From NCBI GenBank assembly GCA_002633005.1, contig NMRA01000359.1, forward strand, positions 213,438 through 277,437: a DNA stretch of 64,000 nt, given 5' to 3'. Below, piece by piece: positions 25,701-40,700 of this stretch. The translations under genes were made by a program, and so were the position numbers. Each line of letters starts with the position of its first letter. Position 1 is the stretch's first letter. The stretch comes from Phoronis australis. Taxonomy: Eukaryota; Animalia; Phoronida. The notes under the pieces are model-generated. The model saw nothing but the letters and a program-made list of their open reading frames with translations. It had not been told where the DNA came from and searched no databases.

Positions 25701-28700
25701 TGATGTCACTGGTTCATCTCATTGCTTGTAAATATTTTGTCCAATTCTGGTGACACACTGATTGTTTAACTGTCCAACTGATTGGTTTGGTGTCACAAGT
25801 ACCTCCTAGGCCTATTGTTTACGCCACCTGAAAAATATTGCAAGACATCTAGTGTAGGATGTAATATAAAATAGGGCTCGTTTTGCTCCACCCTGTAGGC
25901 GCTTATTTACAGATACATGTCTAGGTTGCTCTAGAAAAGAATTTCCATCTCGTCACGCTAGAAATTTGAATTATGGGGTTCATTTTAGAACCTCTGCTTT
26001 TTTGGGTGCAGTGAGCTATGAATAGCCTGGTGGTAGAGCTAAGGTAGTCTATTCACAGTCAGTCTTATTTAAAATTTTGAGCTGGTTGTGTCTACTGGGC
26101 TGTTACAATCATGTCATTACGAGGTTTTATTACACGACCTTTGATAATTCTGTCCTGTTTAATACATGGTGCGATAACTTCCATTATACGGTAATATGAC
26201 TTTTCATTCAGCCCTTATGTCAAATGTCACTATTTGTCATCTAACCTGTCAGGCATTGTTTAACCATAAATCCTGAGTACAAAGGTAGCTGACAATGTCC
26301 GCATATCATAACAGGTATGAACATGCCAGCCTAAGAAGAGAGTGATCGTCTTTACTGTTTTTTTAGTCTGTTTAATGCATCCACCTCTCTGTTGGCCAAA
26401 CAATACCAATGAATTGTGAAAATTGGTATATGTTTGCCTACTGGGAAGAATACAGTCGTTTTTTGAACAGCTCTAACTACTGTGGTGCCTCCTAGTGGCA
26501 TTTTTGTGGTTGCCACCTTATCTCATGAACCCCTTGCAGAAACTGTTGAATTTGACGAGTACGTTTCTATGAAATTGCCAATGGTTGGTGACAACTTTTG
26601 GATGGATCTGACTACCACTGTGCCTCATAGGAGTAATTTAGTTTTTTTGCTTTTTCATATTATGATATTATGTGCTTGTAGTTCGTTGGCGGATTTACAT
26701 GAAATTTGGCAAATAGGAGACAATGGTGTCTGCGCCACTTAATGGCTGTTTTTAGTGTTTTTGAATCTTGTTGTTGACATCTGCCTTCCTATTGGCCAAA
26801 TTATTCAAAGGATCATTCCTAACTACGGTAAAATTGGCATGTTCTCATTTTGGGAAGCACATGGCTGATTGGGATTTTTCAACGGGTTCGATTGCCTTGA
26901 CATTTTTTGCCTGTGGCTCAAAACTGTTTTTTGACATGTCTTCGCTAAAGTTGACATGTGTCTCAATTAAGAGGAGTGCAACTGATGTTGATTTTGGCAC
27001 AAATCTGAGGAATCTCCAAGTGGCAATTTTTTGTGGTTTACCTGATGGGGGTTCATGAAATTTGACAAATTAGTTACTTTCACGTAGACAACATTACCTG
27101 CCGTGTTTTGAATGTATTTGATCAACGTTGCGCACCCTAGTGGTGTTTCTATTGTTTTTAATATGTCCTTTGTCTTCTGCATCTCTAAACTTCTTGAAAA
27201 ATTATGATGAAAGGTAGCAGGTTTGTTCCTATTGAGGAGAGCATTTCTGACTTGCTTTACACCCCATAGGAGCTATTATTAAGTTAACAGTATTGTTCCC
27301 TTTAATGGGAATATTTGTGATGATATTTTGATTGTATTTGCAGTGTATGTGATACAAACAGCTGGAGTATATCTAGTAACTGTGCTACTGTTTCAAGGTT
27401 TACAAGACAACATACCTGAACTATGGGCATTTACCTGGTGCTGAATTTAAACTGGTGCTGAATTTAAACTTTGAATTTGTTATGCAATACTTCAGCGGCA
27501 CTTTCGTTCACCCTTTCAGGTAGCGCCATCTGGCAGTCTAGTTGGACAGGGGACCAGCTATTTATACCCTACTACAATTCGTGTCGAAAAGAGGCGTGGT
27601 GTGAGGGCTTTCTAGTTTTCTGGTCATTTGTAATCATCTTCCAGGTATGGTGGTGGACCGCAAGTCATAGTATGTTTGATTTGTTTGGTATCGTAGACAT
27701 GTGTTATCTCTTTAATTTAACTTTATATTGTATAGTCGCTGTTTTTACTCGGTCTTTTACCTTTTAAGTTGTACGGCCCTGTGCTCGTAAGCAATGGATT
27801 TACAATGATAAACACATTTTAATATTTGATGGTGGCAGAGTTGGTACACTAATAATAATTAATTATAGTAATATTATAACAATAATGCTACAGGTTGAGC
27901 AGTAATTCTATAGTTAATATCCGCATGATTCATTGATTTGGTTACTTGGTGTTATGTGGACAATGGAAGTGCTTGCGAAGGTTGTTATAATAGTCTAGAC
28001 GCATTTCCTGCAAAGAGCCTTGTATAAGGTTCTTGAAGCATTTTTTAGTAAAAGTTGGGAACAAGACTTTTTCACACAATCAAGGTATGGCGAATTCAAC
28101 TAACCCTGTTCCCAAGCCGAATTTTGCATTTTTGACCATCTAATTAGCATAAACAAAATGGCGGCCAAATTGTCAAGTTCAGATGTATTTTTGTATTAGA
28201 AATCACAATATACCATTTAAAATGGTGAAATCTCACCTGTACACTTCTTATAAATACTTCTTGAGCAATAGATCACTTATGAAAACTAAAAAATGCAACT
28301 CTAAAAACTAATTATGCAAATTAGGTGCCACCATTACCATACAATGTAATTTGCGTCTTAAGTTTGTACTCCTGCAGTCTAACTTGAAAAATGAGGTGTT
28401 TATACTTGTATTTTTCATGGTCAACAAACATGCTAAATACATTTTTGGAGCAATTTATTTCATATTTATTGGGTTATAGATGTATACTTATAGAATGTGG
28501 AAAAATAGTCGTTAATCTGAAATGCTCGTTAAGCAAGGTGTCACAATTTTGACGGAATATACAAATTTTCACATTATCCCGTTATCTTCCATTCAAAAAA
28601 GCAATGTAGTTATTGTTATTGAAGACATTAGATTCTCTGTTAATGAATTATTTTCAGGCCTGTTGAACACAGTTTTAGCGTTCACTTTTTGGTACTTTTT

Positions 28701-31700
28701 AACATGCCTGAAGCCAGGCAAATCAAACAGTTTGCATACAAGGAATCTGACCATGAATGTGCTGCTGGCATGTACATAATGATATGTATCGAAATCCAGA
28801 TAGCTTGCATCTGCATTGTCTACTGTTGCGTTGTTTCTGGCATGTACACAATACCATCTCTAGGCAGCTGTCTGGGATTTTACTCTGTGTCATCAACATG
28901 GGCTGCAAGCATAAGTTTGTGTGTGTCCCTCCCATATCAGAGGGTGCTGGGAGCTCAGGTATGGAACAATGATCATTTTGCCATACTTGACCTGATAGTG
29001 CACTATCATCAGATTGAAACGGCGGGCATTATGCGTTGGGGGAAGGACTTCTGTGTTCATGGGCTTGGAGAATAGTACATGGCGTGCTACATCTACAGGT
29101 CTGTTCTGGTCGTGTTGTATATTCTGCAGACAAATACTTCTGAAGCCATGATCGTAATTTTCTCAGTGAGTTCACCAATGCAGAGGTTCTTAAGCAATCT
29201 GTAATGCTCTAGGAACACCTTCCATGATGATTGTTTCATGTGATTGGCAAAGTACGAGTTGGTGCCAAACCCGGTCACGCATGAAAAGCAAACAAGGAAG
29301 TTGCTAAGTCTCGTAGTAGTTTGTTGAAAAGTGCTTCGATAGGTAAATATGACATCAGTCAGATATGCTCACAGTGCATTCGTTGGAAGTGCGATACCAG
29401 AAGCAGTAGAACATCGGGTGTCCCTGGAAAACACGACTGACTGTGGACAGCATGCAGTACCAATCTTGCATCTGGTTCTTCATGTGTGATTTCAGAGTCC
29501 TCAAATCAGTCATATCCTTAGATGATTTAATTGACTTCCAGCTCATCTTTGAACCTTCATGCAACCATAACCTCTTTATCTTCAGGTGTGTACAAACACA
29601 GTTCCTCTGGCAAGAAATGTGCTAGGTCTGCTTTATTCTCAGCCAGTGTCCGAAAATTTGACCAGTTTTGAGGAAGAGGTACATCACGGCCTTCCAAAAA
29701 TCACCTGATTTACCGTGTTCCTTTACTGCGCTGTTTTCTTGTTGTGTCCTTCATTGTTTCTTGTCTGTATCTGTCGAATACAATATCAATTTTATGATAT
29801 CGAAATCCTGTGTTTAGCACTGTTTTCATGAATGAAAACAGGTCACATCACCATCAGGCTTGCCAAGAGTTACCAGCAATGCTTCGCTATCAATAATGAG
29901 GCAAGCGGACGTGTCATGAAGCTGAATTGTTTCAGGACAGTCGACGAGATAGCTATTAGTACTTCGACAAGTGAAGATTTATATCCAGCGCGCAATGTGC
30001 CACTCGTATCTGCAAGACAACATGGACTGAAAGAAGCTAGCGTTTGAGCACAGACGGCAAATCAACTGATCCGCCTCATAAGCCGTAGCTAGACAGCGAA
30101 GTATATCCCTGTCTGCTTTAAGAACTATATGATATCTCAGATGCAATGAGAGTGTCCACCTCCATAGAGCTGACGTGGTTTTGGTATTAACGATGATGCC
30201 ACCTCCGTTTTGCCTGCCCCATTTACCCATTGGTCAGAATCTATCTGACAGAGCATATGAGGAGATTGCTTGACTACAAAATTTTTTCTGCTTGAACCTC
30301 TGACCAAAGAGACTGTGGAAGCTGATGTATCTCGGCTAAAAAGACCGCACCCCACTCGGGCATAATTCGGTGGGCCACCATGAGAGTAAATGAATAGAGA
30401 TGCAGTTCCCAAATGCCATGCCGTTGAGAGCATGTGTACTTTAACAATTTTAGAACCATGTCCATGTAACTCCACCAGAAGCTGAAATTCATATCATCAG
30501 ACCTACTGTTGACAAAGTGCCCAGGAGTTTCTTGAACTTATCCTGACTGAGAAATGTTATCAATTCCGGAATTTTCTGTGGATCATCTGCAGACATACTG
30601 GAAATACAAGCATGACAGTCGCTTCTGCAATGAACGAGAGAAGGCTTGGCACCAGGAGATGCCACAGAGCTTGCAAAGACAGTTTGTGTGCCCTCATACC
30701 GTAGCTTTGCTGTACGACTTTCCAGTGAGGACCAGTTCCATAGGTCTTGACCAAGTACTGCACTCTCTACACACACCTCAGCTATTCCGGAATCACTCAT
30801 GTGATCTTCTATGGCCTTGATGAAGTTCACTGATACGTGAAGTACCACTAAACGAGGTACTGTATTAACATATTTTGGTATTCTGAGATCGCCCGCCCAC
30901 TTAAGCTCCATTAATCTGCAATAGAGTGCTTGGTTGAGTGTGAGGACGGTATGTTCCTGTCCAAAATGGGACGATATGGCCATACGTTTCTTTACAACAG
31001 TATTTAAAAGTCATGTTGTTATGTTTACAATACTTTATGTCTTATCTAAATAGGGAGATGTTCGCAAAAAAGCATTGATAATTATGATTTCTAATTTAAT
31101 TTTCAGGCTTTATTAATGAGCATAAATTGCAACTTAGTGAAGATGAAATAAAAAGCTTCACATGTGTCATAATGATTTTTCTAGACCTTCAAAACATAGG
31201 TATAGACACTTTATTTGTCATGTTTGCCTGCAAATTGATAAAGTTACACCGATATTTGAATTTTTCGGTAATGGCGGAAGCTAATTAGCATACTTGGGGA
31301 ATTTAATGACGTTCATTAAAATGTTCTCAAAATTAAGTGATCTAAACACACTTATACTATGTTTTTGTAGCAAAAATTTCCTAATTATTCGTCACATATT
31401 GTACTCCTGGTCCCACGAATGTTTCTTATCTTGTTGGTTTGGCGGCCATTTTGTTTATGCAAATTAGATGGTCAAAAACTCAAAATCCAGCTTGGGAACA
31501 GGCATAATCGAAATCAGCACACCATAATTATGCTGAAAAGATAGATTCTCCACTTTTACTAAAAAATGCCTCTAACATGCACATTTTCCAGAAATGTGTC
31601 TAGACTATAACATACAATACAGCCACTGAATTTTTAGACTTCATCCGGGCTACTTCATGCCTGGCCAGACCGGAGCACAACCGGAACGCTGGCGTGACAG

Positions 31701-34700
31701 AAATCAGTCACTGTCGCCTCACGCCTACTCTCCGGGTAGTCCTCATGCTTACCTCCGGTTCAGTTAACACCTTCCTCATGCCTTGTTCACGCTTTCCTCA
31801 GACTTTCTTCACGTAGCTGTGGTAACCATGGTAGGGCACCGGGCTAAAGTAAAAATACATGTAACTTCTTCATTGCCTGTTGTTTCGGACAAGTTGCAAA
31901 GACATTATAGTATATTATAGAGTATCTTTGCAAGCGGTCATCTATCACACTTGGGTTCCGACTAACTCTGTAATTCCACGTGTTGTTCATACAAACATCT
32001 TCCTTCAGCTCATCTTGTGTTACGGTTACATGTACATGTTCAATTTACGACTTAAGAGCCAGTTCCATCAACGACATACATGTACAGTAACCACGGTTAG
32101 TAAATACGTATATACGCGACCTTGTGTCCAGAGTCGTCTTTACATGGCTGTGGACTCCTTGAAACTTGTCACAGCTGGATATAGTTAATTCGCCCTAAAA
32201 ATAGCCTACGCATCTTGTGAAGTATTGCGTCACTCCATAACTTTTTGCACCGCACTGGCGTACAGAAAATTTCAATAGGACGCCCTTCTGGCATACCCAT
32301 CCCTTACTGCAAGCAAATGTTTTGACTAAAAAGTCCTCAATCCGTAGTGCAGTTCAATTATTTGTAGCCCCCTCCCCGTAGTACATGCGTTTCGACTGAG
32401 TTCACATTATCCCCGGGGTACTTCTTCACTATAATAGTGGTCATCTGTTTGACTCGTCAAATGCATGGGCGCGATCAGTTTTCTCTGCGTGATGCCGGAA
32501 CTTGGGATCAAAGTGCTCAGAATTGACATGCTATGCTCCTTCATATCGTGAAGGCAATTGAATATTTCCGCCATGTACACGCGTGTTAAGATTCTTTATT
32601 AGTTTATATAAAAAACAAAATAATTATATGTAAGTGAAAAGTAGAGTCCACAGGTCTCTTTCCTGAAGTGACTTAAGATTTGAGAAGGAAATTTTGGTCT
32701 TTTGCTGAACGTGACAATTTCAAAAAAATAAACCTCACATGAGCAAAAGTCTATGAGAATACACACATCACTGTTAGTTACTGATATAATTTTAATAAAT
32801 TACTTTTTCATCTGCGATGCAGGTAAACTCACACCTGGCTCACGGCTGGCTCGCTCTTCGTTCACGCCGAACTCACGGTCAGCTCCGGGTACAGTCGCGC
32901 TTAGGCTCACGCCAGCTGTCACGGTTGATTCACGCTTCACTCTCCGGTCTGTCTCCGGTTACGGTCACGGGTGGCTAGACCGGAGAGAGTCTAATAATTC
33001 AGTGGCTGTACTGTATGTCCACATTGTCACCCTCTGTATGCCTTCCTAACAGCACTGCATTACACAACAAAGTACAAGACTGATTTTTATCCATTCTATT
33101 AGCTCAATTGATAACTAGTGTGGTGGGTCACTCACCTTTGTTTATCACAAAGAATACTAAGCATTTACTACTCACTAGTGGGTATATTCAGGCATTGTCG
33201 GACAAAGATTACAGGTGTGTCGGCTGAGGTCACACACAACGATGAAAATGCTAACTTCAAACTGGAATAGATCAAGCAAGCAGTAATGTGCCACAGACTA
33301 AAGCTATTAATGAACTAGATTCAATCCTTGGTTTTATTGCGTGTAGTTAGGGATGTTTGCCCGCCGTATTAAGAAAACAAAACAAAGAGTTCCACCTCAA
33401 AACATGAATCAAGGCTGTGGTTTTCGCAGGTGGCGCTGTATGGGACATTAATCCTTGGGACGTTTGTGGGAGTGGTTATTGACTCAAAAGTGGTGTTGAT
33501 GGACACTTCAGTCTCTGTAACTATTGGCAACAGCGATCTACAGGCCTTTGTAACTACTGGATTATCATTTTATAGGTGCTCATTCCATTGTCACTCTACG
33601 TCAGCGTTGAACTCCTGAAACTAGGTCAAGTGTTCTTCATCCACAATGATCTTGACCTTTACGACCCTGCTAGTGACCGGCGCATTGAGTGCCGTGCTTG
33701 GAATATCACTGAGGATCTCGGTCAGATCCAGTACGTGTTTTGCGACAAGACGGGTACCCTGACGGAGAACAAGATGGAGTTCAAACGGTGTTCTATTGGA
33801 GGACGAGATTTCTCCCATGAAGAAGCAGGTAGGAGTTTTTTTACTTGTATATTGATGTATAGTTCTTTTTATAACCTCTCAGGGTTAGTCAATTAATTGG
33901 TCTTGACTATGAATGTGGCAGAATTAGATCATCGTGGTTTTCTGCTATTTGTTTCATCAAAGCTCTGTGAATTTCTTTACATTTTTTTTTATCAGTCATC
34001 TTTCAATTAAAAGTTAAGAAACTTAGAGCTTGTTTATTAGTTAAAGGCGAAGGCAACCTTTTTTCATGTCATTTTGAGCTAAAATAAGGTTCGTTGGTTA
34101 TCCTAGACATATTTTCCACTTAATTACAGCTTTTCGTAATTTTATTAATTACTCGTCCGCTACTGCGGAAGTCACGTTTTAGGAGGCAAGCATTTCACGC
34201 CAATTTCTTTTCATATAGTCTGACTGTGAGAGCTGCCGAGTCAGTCATTGTTGTACCTCGTTTGTGTTAAGTTCCGTCGTCGTTTGCTTTCATTTACTAG
34301 TCAGTCAACATGCCACACTGTTGCTGGGTACCGGAATGTACTAATTAGCGGCTCCCGCGCGGTTTGGGAGTACCTTTGCATCGCTTTCCGATGGATGACA
34401 CACTTCGACGTACTTGGCTCGTTCGTGTGAAGAACGCAGCGTTACCCGTCCACGCAACGTACAAAGCAGTGGAGAATTACTGAGTGTGTGGCAAGCACTT
34501 TCTGCCGTGCGATTACGAAAGGGATTTGTACGCTGACCTGATGAAGGTCCCTGCGAAACAACGCCTGAAGAAGGATGCCATTCCGTCTGTGTTGATTCCC
34601 GGCAGTGCCCCGTCGCTCCCCCCGAGAAGTGTGTTTTTGAAGCGAGAAGCCTCGCGAGCTATGGCCAGTACAGTGACTGGAGCCAGTGGAGACACTTCAT

Positions 34701-37700
34701 CTACTGTCACCCGTGCCTCAGAACGTACCCCAGAGCGTGCAANCACTAAACAATCCCTAAATCCAACGTAGTTGAGTTCTCTACTAACCTATCTTGCCAC
34801 AGAATACTCGCCGATGGAAAGTGGTGGCGACAATTGTTGAAAAACAGCACAAAACAAAAGTAGAATAGAACAGATTCGCACGGTAAAGTCAACGTAAAAC
34901 CAAGTGGCCGGAAACGCTTGCCTCCTAAAACGTCACTTCCGGAGTAGCGGACGAGTAATTAATAAAATTACGAAAAGCTTATTAAGTGAAAAATATGTCT
35001 AGGATAACCAACCAACCTTATTTTAGCTCAAAATGACATGGAAAAAGGTTGCCTTCGCCTTTAATGCAGGCAAAATTCGATCAATAATCCAAGCCTGATC
35101 TTTATTTTAACGCAAAGTACTACTAGTCCTATAAAACAGATCTTGTGGAATCTTGAAAGGACAGATCAGCGTTGGGTTCTTCTGGAATCTTGTTTTCCAG
35201 TCATTGGGTAAATATTTATCTTCATGAGATTGGAGGATCTAAAAATCAGGTAGTCCGAATTACTGGACACACTGCTGCTTACCACAATGGGAAACTTTCA
35301 AAAGTATTGGGGGCTGATAAGGTGAGACCCTTGACTGTTATCGCCACCTGGCTGTACCACAGGTTACTTCTTTGCAACGGGTGGCATCGGGGAACGTGTT
35401 TTTATAGTGAAATTGCCTCCTCATGCTCTAGATGTCACTAGTATCCTGTCCCACATGACCAGTTGCCTCCTTGCTATTGGGACGTCTCCCGTTGATATTA
35501 CTTTTTCTGCTTCAGTTGATCTAGTCCGTGATGGTCAAGGATTACCTCATGGTCAGGTGAGTAATATACTCTCACAGTCAGGTGAGTAATATACTCTCAA
35601 AGTCAGGTGAGTAATATACTCTCATAGTCGGTCTGCTTTAGGGTTGTGTAGGACCCTTGAAAAATTCCAATTTTGGCTAACTTTGGAATATCGTATCTCA
35701 GAAACGCCGAAACAAATTCGCAATCATGAAACATTCAGATGCTATGCTTTACATTTCTCGAAAAACGTTGTTGAGAATTTTTTTTTAAATGTTCCACATT
35801 TGCATGAGGGCCTCTCAAAAATAAGACTCATGTGATCTTTATGAAAATAATTAAAGTTGCATAAAATGAAAACGAAATAATAATTTAGAAAACTGTAGTA
35901 GTGTTCTTGAGATTTTATCTGGATTATTTATATCATTGGATATTTGGTCATGTTATTGATCACGTTGTTTTGCTATGAATTTACCTTTCTTGTTTGCTAA
36001 ATTTTCCTTAAAAAGCACGGTCACATGTCTTAACCAAATTAGTGGCAGATTGGCGGTATAAGGCCAAAAATCAAATTTTACAGAATTTGTACTTTCAGAA
36101 ACTAAATGTTCTTTCACTGAGTTAAATTCTGCATTTTGTAGGTATTGGGCTAAGTCTCTACCTTACCTTAAACGAATACCGATAATTTCGCTTTTAGTGT
36201 GTACTTGCAAAGGCAGCACCTCTTTGATTGTTTTGCACATAAATGATAATTTCTAAAGTTGTCATGTTTCTGTTAGGTTGATTATGACAATTTCCCACTT
36301 GCAAACATTTTTTAAAACACTTAAAAGTGTTGTTGGCACACCATCTGTTAGCCACATCACGTGATCTAATATTGACATATTCATAGTACAATTTTCCACT
36401 TGTTTCGCACACGGATAATTGTCATTACTGTCATTTTTCTGTTTTTCAAGGTCTGATTTCCTTGCACCAAATAATGTAGACATGACCAAATGTCATTTTA
36501 TGACATCTCCATGGTACACCCAAAGCTGACAATAGACTAATTTAAAGTCTTTTCATCTCTGTTTTGATCGAGACATTTGATAACATAAAATTTCACGTGT
36601 CCGCCATATTGTGTGGTGAACAGGTGAGGAATTACCATGCCTTGCTGCATATATCTATTTTGCAAAGACTGGCTACTTTGCTGGAAAGATGGAAATTTTG
36701 AAAAAAGTCAGTTTATGACATCTACTCAGAACACATCAAGCCAGTAAGAAATTGTTTTGTGCTAGAGATAAAAAGTTTCGGTACCACGAGTATGTGAACA
36801 TTTCATTCTGAGGTCATGGAAAACAGCTTAGCTAGACCCAGAAATGAAGTCTAAAGTGTGTTTTGGCTATTATAGATTATTACACGGGTTCGTTATATTA
36901 TTTAATAAAGTAGCCTTCATGGTTCTGTACTGTTTTTTTTTTGCAGCATGACAGACATAGGGCAATAAATAGTGTTCTTTGTGATGAAGTGTCCAGGATG
37001 TCCGTCCACGGCATGGCCACCGACAATCAAGTTGTAGATAGTACACAGTCGTCACTCATTCATGATTTCTTCCTAGCAATTTGTCTCTGCAATACTGTTG
37101 TGGTGTCTCGACCACATCTTGACCAAGTGAGTTTTAACTTCAGTGCAGTGTAACGGCAAAATGTAACTGTTGCTGTTGTCGTGGAGATATTTTTAAATAA
37201 TTTTTCCATTGGAAAGCGTTCATCGCAGACATTTCAGAAACATTCCTCACTCGACCTGTGTGCTTCATTTTTGGTTGATCACTTATTCATTGGTGCGAAA
37301 TAGACAATGTCTGTTGAAAATCTTAAAAAATTATCTGAGACAGCCATGTTTTGCTTTGTCTATCTATAAACACTAAACTTCGTGACAGAGTAAAGTACTT
37401 GGGGAAGAAATTTCACCTGGTATCAAAATCTTGCTCTCAAGATTGTTGCGGTAACTGATCAAATGATTCTTACTGGGTTTGGTTATGCATAATTGGCATG
37501 GTGTCACCACGAAATACTAATTGGAACCGGAATTTGACAGTTTTGTTCCTATTTGTAAGTGCTTGTTTTTATTTTGTCCACTAGTTAGATGACTCTATGC
37601 ATTTTCCTTTTCAATAGATGGATGACAGTGGTTATGTGCATCCTGATGGTGGGATATCGGTTCATCAGCTCCAGGTGTTTGACGCTCAAAATGATCAGGC

Positions 37701-40700
37701 AGCCGTCAGTAGGAAACAGACTAGAACAACATCCATGTCCAAGTTATCAGAAGCCAGCCTCCAGACTAGGTACGAGGCTGAGTCTCCTGATGAGTTGACA
37801 CTTGTAAGAGCTGCCTGTGCTTATGGCTGTCGCTTATTGCGTCGGTCCGCCCACAATGTTTGCCTGTGGTTGCCACAAGAGGGCGAAGTGGACTGTCGGG
37901 TCTTGCATACGCTCCACTTCAACTCGGCTCGCCAGTGCATGTCTGTGATCGTGAGGCACCCGTCGACGCAGCAGATCATCCTCTATTGCAAAGGCGCCGA
38001 CTCAAAGATCCTGGATAATCTGGCACCGTGTGTCGATCAGAAATCAGAGCAGATTTTGCGCAAGACCCAGCGTCACATTCAACTGTATGCAGAGAGTGGC
38101 CTTAGGACGTTATGCATGGCTAGGAGAGTTTTGTCTAAGGATGTGTATGACAAGTGGCTGCAGACATGGCTGGCGGCGGAACAGGACGTTGAGAACAGCG
38201 AGGAACTGTTGAATGACTGTGCATTAGAGATAGAGACAAACCTGGAGCTGATTGGTAGGTGCTGGTGTTGGATCTCACTGGAAGGGTGATGCTTGGGAGT
38301 GGCAGCTGGTACTGAAAATCATGAAAAACAGATTTATGGAAATGTCAATTTAACATAATTGAATGCCTTTGTCGGTTATGAAAGGTCACAGTTCTTAATT
38401 TTATATTGAAAGTTGCTTTGTACCTAGCTGTCCCCTTTGAATATACCCTCTCATACAATGGCAAATGTCGTTTGATTTTATTAATTTTTGCAACACTTTT
38501 CATTTTCTGGGGTCCGTTATACTGTGGTTGGATAACAGCTCTCATGCTTCATTCTTATTGTCCATCTTGTCCCGCCAAATTTGTGTTCAATATAGCTTTT
38601 GTCCAAATCGTCACAAAAATTTATGTAGAAACGGTGTCTCAGTACCTGACCATCATTTACAGTTACTCCTTAATAACATTTACTGGTCCTGTTAATTTCA
38701 TTCAAGACATGTATATTTTTCTTGTACTTGTGCGTTACAAATAGCTTAATGAAATGTTTCCCTGTTTGTAAGTAATCGTACCCTGAAATGTTTTGATCAG
38801 ACAAGTTCGTTCAATTTTGGGACGTTGTTAAATGTTTAAACCCAGGTGCTAGCGGTATTGAGGACTGCCTACAAGATGGTGTCTCGCAAACAATCGCCTC
38901 ATTAAGGCAAGCAGGGATGAAGGTGTGGATGATTACAGGAGACAAACAGGTAAGCGTTTTGCAAATGTTTGCGTGATTATTGTAAGGTAATCTAGATGCA
39001 TTGAAGTCGATCTTATTTAAATAGGGAAAATCTCATTTTGTCCCGAACTGGAATGTAACGTGACGCAAATGAAAGATATCCAGATATTTAAAAAAAAAAT
39101 GACTTGGTACGAAAGACTATCACTTCCTAAGCACATTCCTGTCTTTGCTATGAAAAATTTGGTAGGCAGTGGAGGACTTAAGGGGGGGGGGCTAAGGGAG
39201 CCATGCCCCCCCCCTTCCAAACGTTCTCCCACATTCCATTTGGCAGCAAGGGGTGCAAAATCCTGGGTCCACCCCTGGCAGACACTGTGCCTTCAGGCTA
39301 GGGTAAAGAAGAGTGTTGGTGTTAATGCGCCAAAGATGACTGATTCATGATTTGACTACAGGGCTTGCAGCTGTTGCATCTTTCTGCCCAAATCTGGCTA
39401 TAAGACGGTGATATCTATCATCTGCGGTGCAGTGATCAAGATGTTTGCCTGAGTTCGATTCAGCCACATGTCTTGGCCTTTTTAAAACATTCTGGTTTGT
39501 TTCTAGACTGCATTTTTCGTTCCTTGTACGAGTCCATGCGTGCCGTAGCCTTCAGCTTGCTGAAGCTGGCTTCAACTGCAAAGACTGGTGCTGGCTAGCA
39601 GCAGCAATTGCACACAAGTGATAAACCTCGGGCAACCGGCGTGATTCTTTACGATCAATTTCCAGGAGACAGCAGTGAACATAGCTCACTCGTGCAAGCT
39701 AGTCAGTCAGAGCCAGGGCAACATCAGCTTAGTTGCCGACAGTTCTGTCTCGGCCATCAACACCATGGATACTCACCTGACAATGTTGATACAGGCCACC
39801 TTACCGACACGGTCGTCGCCCCCGGAAAGGGCTCTTATCGTCGACGGCAAGACGCTGTCGTTCATCCTCACAGACCAGGTAGCCAGTGATAAGTTCGCCA
39901 TGCTCACAGAGAAGTGTACGTCGGTGGTCTGCTGTAGGACCACTCCGCTACAAAAGGTAACGAAACTCACATTTAGGAGTTAATCAGTAGCATTCATTGT
40001 AACTCGGGTAATTTATTACACAGTAAACTTGTTGCCTTTAATTATATTTTACTATACCTTAAATTTGTACCTTAAAAATACTAGCTTGTTTAAGTAGAGT
40101 GTGATGGTTGTATTATGATTATATAAAGCATGGTTTGTGTTCTAGATTATCATTTTGCGAATTACTTGCTTAAATGCTATGACCTTGAGTACGTAGGCGC
40201 CGTAGCATTTTTTACATAATTCATTGAGATTGGGAAAAGTGGCCAACATTTAACAGAACTTGTGGCATTCATACTAATACCAATTACTGACTTATGGTGT
40301 AATGTTCTCTTGTTTTGACTGTTGAAATACCATGGATTGAAAGTTCCCTAGTGACTAATTACTATAATATCAATTTTCTTGTGGAGCTCAGTTGCAACTT
40401 CAGATTATTGCATCTACACATCTCCTAGTTGAAAAAGTAATTGTTGAGAGAAAATTTTCGTCTCGGGGTAATGCTGGAAATATCAACAAAAATTGAATGT
40501 GTTGAAGGCTTTTTAATAATCTTCACAGTCACAATCATGTTTGTGTACTGCAAGACCCACTGAATGGTTCTGGCATTGACGACTGTGACTGCTTCCTGCA
40601 GACTATGTCACGGTAGATTGTTGATGGTATGAAGGTTCACAGTGGTGGCTAATTCTATGATTTCAGGCCGCTAAAATAAGACAAAGTGCGGTCAGTAATT

